Below are positions 1 through 9,940 of a stretch of DNA of 64,000 nucleotides, one piece after another; position 1 is the first letter of the stretch, and each line of letters begins with the position of its first letter. The stretch is from Sediminibacterium sp. (GTDB lineage Bacteria; Bacteroidota; Bacteroidia; Chitinophagales; Chitinophagaceae). The DNA lies in the NCBI GenBank assembly GCA_041856175.1, contig JBHAFM010000152.1:19460-83459 (forward strand). The letters run 5' to 3'. Both the position numbers and the translations under genes were made by a program. The notes beneath the pieces were generated by a model. The model saw nothing but the letters and a program-made list of their open reading frames with translations, did no database searches and was not told where the DNA came from.

Positions 1-179
1 GCATTCTGCACGGCGTTGCTGATCAGCAGAATAAAAACCAGGTCTATCACAGACAGCTGCGCCAGTTCCTTTTTCCCAAACACCCGAATGGCAATAATCA
101 TGAAAATGTATACAGACAGTGCCCGGACAACCACTTCTAGGTAGGCATTGTGCAAAAAAGATAAATCGATCTGTAACAT
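1..179 (-). CDS. DUF421/YetF-like membrane protein, N-terminal part only (gene runs off the window start)
   Basis: Reverse-strand ATG at 179..177 opens MLQIDLSFLHNAYLEVVVRALSVYIFMIIAIRVFGKKELAQLSVIDLVFILLISNAVQN. This resembles the N-terminus of YetF/DUF421 proteins. It is too short to appear in the ORF track. Confidence 0.5.
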   Translation of the reverse strand, partial: MLQIDLSFLHNAYLEVVVRALSVYIFMIIAIRVFGKKELAQLSVIDLVFILLISNAVQN

Positions 180-377
180 GCTGCTATTACTTAGTAAATA
201 GTCTATTATATGGTTCCTTAAGGCAGATGAAATTAGGTGAAAAGTGTTGCATAAGCAATAAAACAATCTGCCGGGATCTTACAAAAAACGGGGAAGATAA
301 CGCAAACATAACCTCCCTATAACATCTGCATCATACCTCAATTGCAATTTTATGCTCCGGCATTAACCCCGTGTTTT

Positions 378-1151
378 ATGAAACAACACCCCCTGCCCAA
401 AGTATCTGTTCTCATTCCTGCCTATAACGAGGAAAAGTACATCTGCCGCACTTTAACCGCATTGCTTGAGCAGGACTATCCCAATATGGAAATCATCATT
501 GCCAATAATGCTTCAACAGACGAAACTGCAGCATGTGTGCAGCAGTTTATAGACCAGCATGCTGATTCACATATACCTATGACACTGCTTTATGAAGGAC
601 AGCAGGGAACCAACCATGCAAGGGAGTGCGCGCGAAAGCAGGCAACAGGTACTATTATTGCACAGTTGGATGCAGATTGTATACCGGGTATAAACTGGAT
701 CAGCAAGGGCGTACGATGCCTGTTACGTGGTAAAAACGTAGCTGTAACGGGGCCTTACGATTATTTTGACGGCGGGCGGTTCATGCGTTTCACCACACTG
801 CTTACCCAATGCCTCACTTACCCGCTGACCAATGAAATGGTGCAATTGGCTAAACGCGGTGCCATACTGATCGGTGGTAATGCATTTATCAAAGCCGAGG
901 TATTACAGCAGGCAGGCGGTTATAATACCAGCCTGACTTTTTACGGCGATGATGTAGACCTCGGTGCCCGCCTCAGCCAGCTCGGGCACGTTAAATTTGC
1001 CCCGGATATTGTTATGCCGTCTTCTTCCCGCCGTTATACGGCCCTGGGATTCTGGGAAGTAAATAAAAAATACCAGGCTTGTTTCTGGAGCCTGGTATGG
1101 AATAAAAGTGAGCTGCAGCTCCATACATTAGAAGGGGACCATCCACGTTAG
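378..1151 (+). CDS. Family 2 glycosyltransferase
   Basis: PKVSVLIPAYNEEKYI ... QLDADC is a GT2 (GT-A fold) signature. The start is trimmed to MKQHPLPK inside the 342..1151 ORF. Confidence 0.85.
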   Translation: MKQHPLPKVSVLIPAYNEEKYICRTLTALLEQDYPNMEIIIANNASTDETAACVQQFIDQHADSHIPMTLLYEGQQGTNHARECARKQATGTIIAQLDADCIPGINWISKGVRCLLRGKNVAVTGPYDYFDGGRFMRFTTLLTQCLTYPLTNEMVQLAKRGAILIGGNAFIKAEVLQQAGGYNTSLTFYGDDVDLGARLSQLGHVKFAPDIVMPSSSRRYTALGFWEVNKKYQACFWSLVWNKSELQLHTLEGDHPR

Positions 1152-1312
1152 TGATCCCGGCTCCTCTGGTTGTATTGACAGGGCCATCTAAATCATCTGC
1201 CAGGTTCACCATATAAAAAAATCAGTGGATATATTAAACTATCCTAAATTTGCCCTGTCAAAGGCCTGGCTTTTGACTCCCCCCTTGTAGTAGTCCAAAG
1301 TTGGTAGCAGGC

Positions 1313-1332
1313 AACCGGCTATCCGGTTTTTT
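1313..1332 (+). terminator. Possible intrinsic terminator
   Basis: AACCGG-CTAT-CCGGTT hairpin followed by a T-run. It lies about 160 nt after the GT2 stop and the stem is short. Confidence 0.3.
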
Positions 1333-1480
1333 CTTTTCCATGCAACGTTGTGGTTGAAAAACGTGTTAGTTGTGGGAAGAACACTACAATACTTCACCAT
1401 TTTTTTGCTATTGGAATGAAAAGCTATCTACGTAGTTTTACAAACTTTTTAATTTGCTTTTATATATAAACCAATATCCT

Positions 1481-1942
1481 ATGTCAGTCAGTATGTATCG
1501 CCTGTGCATATTTTTATCTCTTTTTACCGTTTTTACCCTCGCTGGTTGCCATGTTTCAAGGCCCACGGCTTATGTCATCATCAATAATGAAAGTGTGGAT
1601 CGTACCCCGGTAAATATGTCTATAGCACTCCGCGACAGGAAAACGGGCAAAGACATCCTCCAGCAGACAACCATACAACCCGGTCTGCAATTTATTCCGG
1701 GAAGGAAATATAAAAAAGGGACTTATAATATTACTGTTGGCGCTAATGATGGCGCCTTAAACATCAAACACCCTGTTACGCTTGACACCGACAGGTGGAT
1801 CATTATCAATTACACATTAGGTGATTCAGCAAATATCATGAAGACCTATGGTTATTTAGATACCACCAGTTATAAGAAAATAAACGGCCGGTATGCCAAC
1901 CTTGACATGTATGTAGAATACAGGAGGCCGCCAAACCTTTAG
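1481..1942 (+). CDS. Hypothetical lipoprotein
   Basis: Signal peptide with an LAGC lipobox (MSVSMYRLCIFLSLFTVFTLAGC). I recognise no family. The start is ambiguous among 1454, 1481 and 1493. Confidence 0.6.
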   Translation: MSVSMYRLCIFLSLFTVFTLAGCHVSRPTAYVIINNESVDRTPVNMSIALRDRKTGKDILQQTTIQPGLQFIPGRKYKKGTYNITVGANDGALNIKHPVTLDTDRWIIINYTLGDSANIMKTYGYLDTTSYKKINGRYANLDMYVEYRRPPNL

Positions 1943-1959
1943 TAATGAGGGTTGCCGCG

Positions 1960-3258
1960 TTATTGCTGTAATAACCATTCTTTTAATACGGCAAAACTGT
2001 TTTCCAGTTTCACGCTATGCTTTTCTCTGGTAAACAAGTGTTTTGCTTCTTCGGGAATAGCTACTATTGCTCCTGTGGCTGCTTCCACTGTTTCCGGGAA
2101 CTTAACCGGATGTGCAGTTTCGAGGAACATCCCTTGCTGACCGGGGTGCACTTCTAAGTATTGCTGTAAGGCATGATATGCTACTGCGCCATGCGGATCC
2201 AATGTATATTGATGTTGCCCAAACACTTCACCGATGGTTTGCCTGGTTGTTTCATCGCTTACAGTATAACCGGATATTTGCTGCGCGATGGCTGTATGGT
2301 TATGGTGGAACAGTTCCAATACACGAATAAAGTTGCTTGGGCTTCCCACATCCATGGCATTGGAAACCGTAGCCATTGCTTTTTTGGGTTGGTAATTGCC
2401 TGATTCCAGGTATTGGGGCACTGCATCATTGATATTGCAGGCTGCAATGAAATGCTTCACAGGCAGTCCGCTTGCATAAGCCAGCAGCCCGGCACAGATA
2501 TTGCCGAAATTTCCACTGGGTACTGCAATCACCGGCGGGTTTTCCTTGTCGGGCCATTGCTGGTATGCGAAGAAATAATACAATTGCTGGGGCAGCCATC
2601 TTGCCACATTAATAGAATTAGCAGAAGTGAGTGATAATTTCCGGCTGAGGTCTGCATCCATGAATGCGTCTTTCACCATCGCCTGGCAATCATCAAAGCT
2701 GCCGTTCACTTCCAGCGCTGTAATGTTCCGGCCACAGGTGGTCAGCTGCAATTCCTGTACCAGGCTCACTTTACCGGATGGATAGAGGATCACTACGTCT
2801 ACACCTTCAACACCCAGGAAGCCATTGGCAACGGCGCCCCCGGTGTCTCCCGAAGTGGCTACCAATACTGTTACTTTCTGCTCCTGCCGTTGTGAGAAAT
2901 AACCTAAGCAGCGGCTCATGAACCGTGCCCCCACATCTTTGAATGCCAGCGTTGGACCATGAAACAATTCAAGTGAGGTAATTGTATCTGTTACCTTTAC
3001 CAATGGGAAAGGGAAGGCAATAGTTTCGCTTACGATCTGATGCAACGCATCTTCTGTAATCGTATTTCCTACATAGGGCAGCATGACCCTGAATGCAAGG
3101 TCTTCTTTGCTGTAATTGCTGATATTGCCAATAACATTTTCATCAATTACCGGAATCCGCTCCGGAAAATACAACCCCTTATCGGGCGCCTGCCCCCTAA
3201 CGGTTGCTTCACGGAAATCTACGCTGGGTGCAGTTTTATTAAGGCTATAGTATTGCAT
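1960..3258 (-). CDS. thrC: Threonine synthase
   Basis: 432 aa. It has the PLP-lysine context HGPTLAFKD and full-length resemblance to ThrC. It is the last gene of thrABC. Confidence 0.95.
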   Translation of the reverse strand: MQYYSLNKTAPSVDFREATVRGQAPDKGLYFPERIPVIDENVIGNISNYSKEDLAFRVMLPYVGNTITEDALHQIVSETIAFPFPLVKVTDTITSLELFHGPTLAFKDVGARFMSRCLGYFSQRQEQKVTVLVATSGDTGGAVANGFLGVEGVDVVILYPSGKVSLVQELQLTTCGRNITALEVNGSFDDCQAMVKDAFMDADLSRKLSLTSANSINVARWLPQQLYYFFAYQQWPDKENPPVIAVPSGNFGNICAGLLAYASGLPVKHFIAACNINDAVPQYLESGNYQPKKAMATVSNAMDVGSPSNFIRVLELFHHNHTAIAQQISGYTVSDETTRQTIGEVFGQHQYTLDPHGAVAYHALQQYLEVHPGQQGMFLETAHPVKFPETVEAATGAIVAIPEEAKHLFTREKHSVKLENSFAVLKEWLLQQ

Positions 3259-3278
3259 GGTGAATGATCGGTAGTATG

Positions 3279-4211
3279 TTATTGATGGATGAATTTTACG
3301 CCATCTTTATTGATGGTTGTTACATAAGTGTGATGGTCAAGGCTGAGCTGCTGATAAACATCCTGCATTTGTTTTTCAACAATTTTTGCCGTGGCTTCGT
3401 TCCTGCTCAGCATAAAGATAGAAGGTCCTGATCCGGATATGCCGCCACCCAATGCGCCCGCTTCCTTGCTTTGCTGTTTGATGGTATCAAAGCCCGGGAT
3501 CAGGATGCTGCGAACCGGTTCTACCAATACATCTTCTAATGAGCGGCCAATAAGATCATAATCGTTTTGTAACAGGCCGGCAACAAGTCCCGCAATATTT
3601 CCCCATTGCCTGATGGCATCTTTTAACTGCACCTGCTGTTTCAGGATGCTCCTGGCATCTGCTGTCCGTACTTCTATCTGCGGATGCACGATTGTTACAT
3701 ATAATGGCGGCGCCTGGAGAGGCACAATATCCAGCGGGTGAATAGAACGTATCAATGTAACGCCACCGTAAATACAGGGCGCAATATTGTCGGCATGTTT
3801 AACACCCGATGCCACTTTCTCTCCATTCATGGCAAAGCGGACAAGGTCTGCCTTTGAGAAACGATCGCCCAGCAAACGGTTGGCCGCTATAACCGCACCT
3901 GCTGCGCTTGCTGCGCTCGAACCAACACCACTGCCTGGTTTAATGTACTTGCAGATGCTCAGTTCAAAACCAACTTCTTCATTTATTTCTTCCAGCATTG
4001 CCAGCAGTGCCGCGCCGGCCACATTCTTTTCGGGATCTGTGGGGAGGTTATATGCATCTTTATTGATGATGGTAACACCTGGTTTGCCGGTAAACCTGAT
4101 CTGCATTTCATCATACGGATCATGCACTGCAAAGCCCAGTACATCAAACCCGCATACCATATTTGCAACGGTGGCAGGGGAATGTATTTTTATTATTTGA
4201 TCTGATAACAT
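3279..4211 (-). CDS. thrB: Homoserine kinase
   Basis: 310 aa GHMP kinase with the motif PGSGVGSSAASAA. It sits between thrA and thrC. Confidence 0.9.
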   Translation of the reverse strand: MLSDQIIKIHSPATVANMVCGFDVLGFAVHDPYDEMQIRFTGKPGVTIINKDAYNLPTDPEKNVAGAALLAMLEEINEEVGFELSICKYIKPGSGVGSSAASAAGAVIAANRLLGDRFSKADLVRFAMNGEKVASGVKHADNIAPCIYGGVTLIRSIHPLDIVPLQAPPLYVTIVHPQIEVRTADARSILKQQVQLKDAIRQWGNIAGLVAGLLQNDYDLIGRSLEDVLVEPVRSILIPGFDTIKQQSKEAGALGGGISGSGPSIFMLSRNEATAKIVEKQMQDVYQQLSLDHHTYVTTINKDGVKFIHQ

Positions 4212-4229
4212 AAACGCTGCTTTATATAA

Positions 4230-6677
4230 TTATACTTTCCCTACCCTGATGATATCTGCAAACACACCTGAGGCAGTTACATCGGCGCCGGCACCGGCGC
4301 CTTTGATGACCAACGGCTGTTCCGGATAGCGTTCAGTGTAAAATAGTACCAGGTTGTCTTTGCCATACAGATGGTAAAAATCTGAGTCGGCTGGGATATG
4401 CTGCAAGCCAACAGACGCTTTACCATCCTGGTAACTGGCCACAAATTTCAGTTTACAGTTTTTAGCTGCCGCCGCTTCATAAATGGCTTTGAAATGCGCT
4501 TCCTGTTTTTCCATTTCTACATAAAAATCTGCCACAGTTCCTTCGAAGCAGGCTGCAGGCAGAAAGTATTCATTGACAATATCATCCATTTCTAAACGTT
4601 GCCCTGCTTCCCTTGCCAATATCATGATCTTCCGCATCACATCTGTTCCGCCCAAGTCTAACCTGGGATCGGGTTCAGTATATCCTTCATCCTGCGCCTG
4701 CCTCACTACCTTGGCAAAGGATTTTTTGCCATCATAATTATTAAACACAAAATTCAGTGTGCCTGATAATACTGCCTGTATCCTGTTCACCTGGTCGCCG
4801 CTGCGTAACAGGTCGTTCAGTGTACCTATTACAGGTAACCCGGCTCCTACGTTGGTTTCAAAAAAGAAGGCTGTATTGTACTCCCTTGCTAATGACTTTA
4901 ATTGCTGGTAGGAAGCATAGGCAGAAGAACAGGCGATCTTATTACAGGCCACCACCGAAATACTTTTCCCCAATAAAGCGCCATATACTCCCGCCACTTC
5001 TGCGTTTGCTGTTACATCAACAAAAACACTGTTGCGCAGGTTTTTTTCTTTGATGCGCTGTACAAAATCGTGAATATTCCCAAATGGTGCGTCCTGCAGT
5101 AAATGCTTCCAGTTATTGAGATCGATGCCTTCTTCGTTAAACAGCATCCGCTGGCTGTTTGCCAATCCGATCACCTGTATCTGTAACCGAAGGTGTTCCT
5201 GCAGGTATTGGTATTGCTTTTTAAGCTGTTCCAGTAATTTGCCGCCAACATTGCCCGCACCCGCTATAAACAGGTTCAACTGCTTATAAGTGGTTTCAAA
5301 AAATTCTTCGTGTAATACGTTGATGGCTTTTTTAACATCAGAAGCAGATAATACGGCCGAGATATTTTTTTCTGAAGATCCTTGCGCAATGGCCCTTACA
5401 TTGATACCATTCCTTCCCAGTGCACCAAACATTTTGCCGCTCACCCCGGGATGGCTTTTCATTTGTTCTCCCACCAGGGCAACAATAGAAAGGCCGGTTT
5501 CCACCTTCAACGGATCTACTTTCCCTGCTTGTATTTCAATATCAAACACTTCGTCAATGGCCAGTTTCGCTTTTTGTGCATCTGCTTCATTAACTCCCAC
5601 ACAAATGGAATGTTCGGAAGAGCTCTGGGTAATCAATATCACATTTACTTGCTCATTGGCCAGCGCTTCAAACAGTCTCCTAGAGAATCCCGGGATACCA
5701 ACCATACCGCTTCCTTCCAGGCTTAACAAACTGATATGGTTAATACTTGAAATACCCCTGATAAAGCTATGGCCGTTTACTGCGGAAGCATTTTCTATCA
5801 ATGTGCCATAAGCATCCGGTTCAAAGGTGTTTTTTACCCACACGGGGATATTGCAGTTCATGACCGGCTGTATGGTTGGCGGGTAAATGATCTTGGCGCC
5901 AAAATGAGATAATTCCATCGCTTCCTGGTAAGAGATGTGCTGTATGGGTTTGGCATTCTGCACCAGTCGCGGATCGGCTGTCATCATGCCACTTACATCT
6001 GTCCAAATCTCCAATACGGAAGCCTTTAACGCTGCAGCAAAAATAGCTGCCGTATAATCCGATCCGCCTCGTCCCAGTGTAGTGGTATGCTGTACTGCAT
6101 CGGCCGAAATAAAGCCGGGTATAACATACAGTTGGTATTGATGTTGTTTGAAGTATGCTGTTATCTTTTTATTGGTAACTGCGAAATCTACCGCTGCGTT
6201 TCCAAAGTTGTCATTTGTAGTAATGAGCTCGCGGGCATCAATCCATATGTGATCTGCCTGTATCGCCTGCAGCCTTGCAGCGATGATCAGGGAGGACAAC
6301 AACTCGCCAAAGCTAACGACACGGTCTCTTGTGCGATCAGACAATTCCTTTAGCAGGAATACACCGTCGCAAATACTCTCCAATTCATTGAACTTCTGTT
6401 TTACCAGGCTCAGCGTACCGCTCTGTTGCTGTATGGGTAGTAATGAACGAACCGCATCCAGGTGCTTTTGTTCGAGTGATTGCAATAAGGTCTTGTAAGA
6501 CTCGTCTCCTGCTGCGGCCTGAGCGCCCGTTTGCAGCAATGCATCGGTTACACCACCCATTGCCGAAACGACTAAAATAGTTGTTTCATGTTGTGCTGAC
6601 TGTTGCACAATCTCTAATACTTTGTTCATGTTGACCGCATTGGCCATTGAACTGCCGCCGAATTTTAGGACCTTCAT
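4230..6677 (-). CDS. thrA: Bifunctional aspartokinase / homoserine dehydrogenase
   Basis: 815 aa. The N-terminal aspartokinase begins MKVLKFGGSS, ACT regions follow, and the C-terminal homoserine dehydrogenase has the NAD-binding motif AGAGNVGG. Confidence 0.95.
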   Translation of the reverse strand: MKVLKFGGSSMANAVNMNKVLEIVQQSAQHETTILVVSAMGGVTDALLQTGAQAAAGDESYKTLLQSLEQKHLDAVRSLLPIQQQSGTLSLVKQKFNELESICDGVFLLKELSDRTRDRVVSFGELLSSLIIAARLQAIQADHIWIDARELITTNDNFGNAAVDFAVTNKKITAYFKQHQYQLYVIPGFISADAVQHTTTLGRGGSDYTAAIFAAALKASVLEIWTDVSGMMTADPRLVQNAKPIQHISYQEAMELSHFGAKIIYPPTIQPVMNCNIPVWVKNTFEPDAYGTLIENASAVNGHSFIRGISSINHISLLSLEGSGMVGIPGFSRRLFEALANEQVNVILITQSSSEHSICVGVNEADAQKAKLAIDEVFDIEIQAGKVDPLKVETGLSIVALVGEQMKSHPGVSGKMFGALGRNGINVRAIAQGSSEKNISAVLSASDVKKAINVLHEEFFETTYKQLNLFIAGAGNVGGKLLEQLKKQYQYLQEHLRLQIQVIGLANSQRMLFNEEGIDLNNWKHLLQDAPFGNIHDFVQRIKEKNLRNSVFVDVTANAEVAGVYGALLGKSISVVACNKIACSSAYASYQQLKSLAREYNTAFFFETNVGAGLPVIGTLNDLLRSGDQVNRIQAVLSGTLNFVFNNYDGKKSFAKVVRQAQDEGYTEPDPRLDLGGTDVMRKIMILAREAGQRLEMDDIVNEYFLPAACFEGTVADFYVEMEKQEAHFKAIYEAAAAKNCKLKFVASYQDGKASVGLQHIPADSDFYHLYGKDNLVLFYTERYPEQPLVIKGAGAGADVTASGVFADIIRVGKV

Positions 6678-6682
6678 ATTGT

Positions 6683-6706
6683 GTATTATAAAACCCTTGT
6701 CGGGTT
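6683..6706 (-). terminator. Weak terminator-like hairpin of the putative thr attenuator
   Basis: On the minus strand, AACCC-GACAA-GGGTT is followed by TTAT and ends 14 nt before the thrA ATG. The left arm can alternatively pair with AGGGTT at 6787..6793. Confidence 0.4.
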
Positions 6707-6793
6707 AAGGTATTTGAATAAAATGAACTACGTTATATCTTCACTAAGAACAGCTTTTTCAAGCCCGGTGGTGGTATGGAAATATGCAACCCT

Positions 6794-6886
6794 TTACAGG
6801 GTTGTAGATGTAGTCGTAATAACAGCAGCAGCAAACAGGGAAACTGTCTGTGAGGAAGGAATGATATGTGACTGCTGTAATTTCAT
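6794..6886 (-). CDS. Putative thr operon leader peptide (30 aa)
   Basis: The minus-strand ORF reads MKLQQSHIIPSSQTVSLFAAAVITTTSTTL. Five Thr and one Ser fill the last seven codons, and there are three Ile. The stop codon sits in the loop of a perfect 7-bp hairpin, CAACCCT-GTAA-AGGGTTG (6787..6804). Confidence 0.65.
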   Translation of the reverse strand: MKLQQSHIIPSSQTVSLFAAAVITTTSTTL

Positions 6887-6928
6887 GCTGTTTAAACGAT
6901 GGCTAAGGTACATATATTTCACCATATA

Positions 6929-8179
6929 TTATACCAGGTATCCAAAAAGATTGTCGTTTTTATTCAGTTCTGTGTAATTAATATGATACCGGTCCATTTT
7001 CCTGAGCAGTACATCATAATCTTCCCTTGATTTAAGCTCCACCCCTACTAATGCCGGGCCTGATTCCTTGTTGTGTTTCTGCATGTATTCAAAACGCGTG
7101 ATATCGTCGTCGGGCCCCAGTACATGGTTGACAAACTCCTTTAATGCACCGGGTCTTTGCGCAAAACGGATAAGGAAATAGTGTTTCAGTCCTTCGTACT
7201 GAAGCGATCTTTCCTTGATTTCCTGCATGCGGTCTATGTCATTATTGCTGCCGCTCACGATACACACTACTTTTTTCCCTTTGATCTCTGCTGCGTAGTC
7301 GTCCAGGGCCGCAATGGATAAAGCCCCAGCGGGCTCCGCCACGATCGCATCTTGGTTGTACAGCTTCAGTATTGTAGTGCATATCTTTCCTTCCGGTACT
7401 AAATGCATATCATCCAGCACTTCTTTACAAATGCTGAAAGTGATATCGCCCACCCGTTTTACCGAAGCGCCATCTACAAACCGCTCAATATTTTCTAATG
7501 TAACAGGATGGCCTGCCTTCAATGCCTCATACATGGAAGGCGCGCCTTCCGGTTCCACTCCTATTATTTTGGTTTTTGGTGAAAAAGTTTTAAAATAGCT
7601 GCCAACACCTGCGCTCAGTCCGCCGCCGCCCACCGGCACAAAAAGAAAATCGATAACCGGTTGATCTTCCAGTATTTCCACTGCAACAGTTGCCTGTCCC
7701 TCTATGATCCTGACATCATCAAAAGGCGGAACAAAAACCATGTTATGTTCTGCTGTATATTTCTTTGCTGCAACAGCACAGTCATCAAATGTATCACCCA
7801 CTAATTTCACTTCAATAAACCCTTCCCCAAACATTCTGGTCTGGCTCACTTTCTGGTTGGGGGTGATAATAGGCATGAACACCACTCCTTTTGCATTCAG
7901 CTTTTTACAACTGTATGCAAATCCTTGTGCATGATTACCCGCACTGGCACATACAACACCCCATTCCAATTGTTTCTTTGGCAGGCTGCTCATCATATTA
8001 TAAGCACCGCGTAGCTTGTAAGAACGCACTACCTGCAAATCTTCCCGTTTCAGGAAAACCTGGCAGCCATATTTGCGCGACAGGTTATGATTGTAAGTGA
8101 GGGGTGTTCTGTTCACCACTTCCTTCAATTTTGCTGCCGCAGCCTGGAAATCGAGTGTATATGTGATAGCGGTTGTCAT
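6929..8179 (-). CDS. ilvA: Threonine ammonia-lyase (biosynthetic threonine dehydratase)
   Basis: PLP enzyme with SYKLRGA around the lysine and a single C-terminal ACT-like domain. The start is trimmed to MTTAITY, because the longer ORF to 8305 overlaps ilvC. Confidence 0.9.
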   Translation of the reverse strand: MTTAITYTLDFQAAAAKLKEVVNRTPLTYNHNLSRKYGCQVFLKREDLQVVRSYKLRGAYNMMSSLPKKQLEWGVVCASAGNHAQGFAYSCKKLNAKGVVFMPIITPNQKVSQTRMFGEGFIEVKLVGDTFDDCAVAAKKYTAEHNMVFVPPFDDVRIIEGQATVAVEILEDQPVIDFLFVPVGGGGLSAGVGSYFKTFSPKTKIIGVEPEGAPSMYEALKAGHPVTLENIERFVDGASVKRVGDITFSICKEVLDDMHLVPEGKICTTILKLYNQDAIVAEPAGALSIAALDDYAAEIKGKKVVCIVSGSNNDIDRMQEIKERSLQYEGLKHYFLIRFAQRPGALKEFVNHVLGPDDDITRFEYMQKHNKESGPALVGVELKSREDYDVLLRKMDRYHINYTELNKNDNLFGYLV

Positions 8180-8238
8180 GCCTGTTTTACAGAACCATCT
8201 CCTGCCCCTTGTATAAAAGGAACAGGAGATGGAATAAA

Positions 8239-9303
8239 TTATGCTTCTGTAGCAACTTTCTGGTTCTCTGGTCTCAGGCTTCTCACCGTCTTGCCAGCCT
8301 GCCACAGTTCGCTATCTCGGAGTTCTTTCAGTTCTTCTTCTAACTTCTCGCGGTAGTCTGCCTTGCTGTTGCTTTCAATTGATTTGGCAGCTTCTTTACC
8401 GGTTGCCACACTTTCATATAAATCTTTGAATACGGGCAATGTTGCATCGCGGAATTTCTTCCACCAATCCAATGCACCACGCTGGGCCGTAGTAGAACAG
8501 TTGGCATACATCCAATCCATTCCATTTTCAGCTACCAATGGCATCAGCGACTGTGTCAGTTCTTCCACTGTTTCGTTGAAAGCTTCAGAAGGGGTATGTC
8601 CCTTTGAACGCAATACTTCGTACTGTGCGGCAAAGATTCCCTGGATAGCACCCATCAGTGTGCCACGCTCACCGGTTAAATCGCTGTACACTTCTTTTTT
8701 GAAATTGGTTTCAAACAGGTATCCGCTTCCGATAGCAATACCCAATGCCACTACTCTTTCAAAAGCGCGGCCGGTTGCATCCTGGAAGATGGCATAGCTG
8801 CTGTTCAGGCCGCGACCCTGTAAGAACATCCTGCGCAATGAAGTGCCGGAGCCTTTGGGTGCTACTAAGAATACATCCACATCAGCTGGCGCAATGATGC
8901 CTGTCTGGTCATTATAAGTAACACCAAAGCCATGTGAGAAATACAAAGCCTTACCTGGCGTCAGGTGTTTTTTTACTGTTGGCCACAATTTTATCTGTGC
9001 AGCATCACTCAATAAATAGCAGATGATGGTGCCGCGCTGCAGTGCTTCTTCAATTTCAAACAGGGTTTCACCTGGCACAAATCCGTCACTTACAGCCTTA
9101 TCCCAGCTCTTTGAATTTTTACGCTGACCAACGATTACATTGATACCGTTTTCTTTCTGGTTCAATGCCTGGCCCGGCCCTTGCACGCCGTAACCGATCA
9201 CTGCCACCACTTCATCTTTCAGAACTTCCTGTGCTTTTGCCAGGGGGAACTCTTCACGAGTCACTACATTCTCTTCTACACCACCGAAATTTAATTTTGC
9301 CAT
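8239..9303 (-). CDS. ilvC: Ketol-acid reductoisomerase
   Basis: 354 aa with the Rossmann motif VIGYGVQGPGQALN and overall KARI resemblance. Confidence 0.95.
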   Translation of the reverse strand: MAKLNFGGVEENVVTREEFPLAKAQEVLKDEVVAVIGYGVQGPGQALNQKENGINVIVGQRKNSKSWDKAVSDGFVPGETLFEIEEALQRGTIICYLLSDAAQIKLWPTVKKHLTPGKALYFSHGFGVTYNDQTGIIAPADVDVFLVAPKGSGTSLRRMFLQGRGLNSSYAIFQDATGRAFERVVALGIAIGSGYLFETNFKKEVYSDLTGERGTLMGAIQGIFAAQYEVLRSKGHTPSEAFNETVEELTQSLMPLVAENGMDWMYANCSTTAQRGALDWWKKFRDATLPVFKDLYESVATGKEAAKSIESNSKADYREKLEEELKELRDSELWQAGKTVRSLRPENQKVATEA

Positions 9304-9344
9304 GGTTATGGTTTTTGGTTTACTTGATTTATTAATTGAATGGT

Positions 9345-9935
9345 TTACATGCTAAATACTTCATCCTGCTTATCGAGAAACTCATTTTCTACAATATCCT
9401 CTCCCGGATCTTTCTTTTCAAATTCTTTGATCTTTTCATGGAAGCCGCTGCTTGCTTTGATAATTGCTACTCTTGCACTGCGGACAAATTCTATCAGCCC
9501 ATAAGGTTCCAGTACAGTGATCAAACGGTCTGTTTCTTCGTGATGTCCACTGGTTTCAAAAATGGTATAGTCTTTCCTGATCACCACAGCTCTGGCGCCA
9601 TATTCGCGCAGCAGTCTTTCCACTTTTACTTTTTCGGCGATCTCATCTGTTGGCACTTTGTACAATGCGAGTTCCTGCCAGACGATCTCATCATTGGTAT
9701 TGAAATAGGCTTTCAATACTTCCACCTGCTTCTCTATCTGGCGAACCAGTTTTCTGACAACATCTTCCGCCTCTTCTATCACAATGGTAAAACGATGTAT
9801 GCCTTCCACTTCTGAAGGCGATGTGTTAAGGCTTTCAATATTGATCTTTCTCCTGGAGAATATGATAGCAATACGGCTCAGTATACCAATGCGGTTCTCT
9901 GTATATACTGTTATGGTAAATTCCTGTTTGTTCAT
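9345..9935 (-). CDS. ilvN: Acetolactate synthase small (regulatory) subunit
   Basis: 196 aa with an N-terminal ACT domain (FTITVYTENRIGILSRIAIIFSRRKINIESL). It lies 5 nt downstream of ilvB. Confidence 0.9.
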   Translation of the reverse strand: MNKQEFTITVYTENRIGILSRIAIIFSRRKINIESLNTSPSEVEGIHRFTIVIEEAEDVVRKLVRQIEKQVEVLKAYFNTNDEIVWQELALYKVPTDEIAEKVKVERLLREYGARAVVIRKDYTIFETSGHHEETDRLITVLEPYGLIEFVRSARVAIIKASSGFHEKIKEFEKKDPGEDIVENEFLDKQDEVFSM

Positions 9936-9940
9936 GTTGG

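Noticed and set aside
119-322. A 67-aa plus-strand ORF near the window start.
   Set aside because: It overlaps the reverse-strand DUF421-like N-terminus (1..179), which has a far more protein-like sequence. The composition is Cys-rich and implausible.
6681-6977. A 98-aa plus-strand ORF spanning the ilvA-thrA spacer.
   Set aside because: It is the opposite-strand shadow of the thr leader region and of the ilvA 3' end. It has no protein-like features, and the minus-strand leader ORF explains the region better.
8180-8305. N-terminal extensions of ORF-track entries: ilvA to 8305, TetR to 32726, serC to 33798, TetR from 35020, the membrane protein from 54823, the TolC-family gene to 44502 and uxuA to 58839.
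   Set aside because: The extensions overlap upstream genes or add non-conserved residues ahead of a methionine that matches the typical family N-terminus. Starts were trimmed accordingly.
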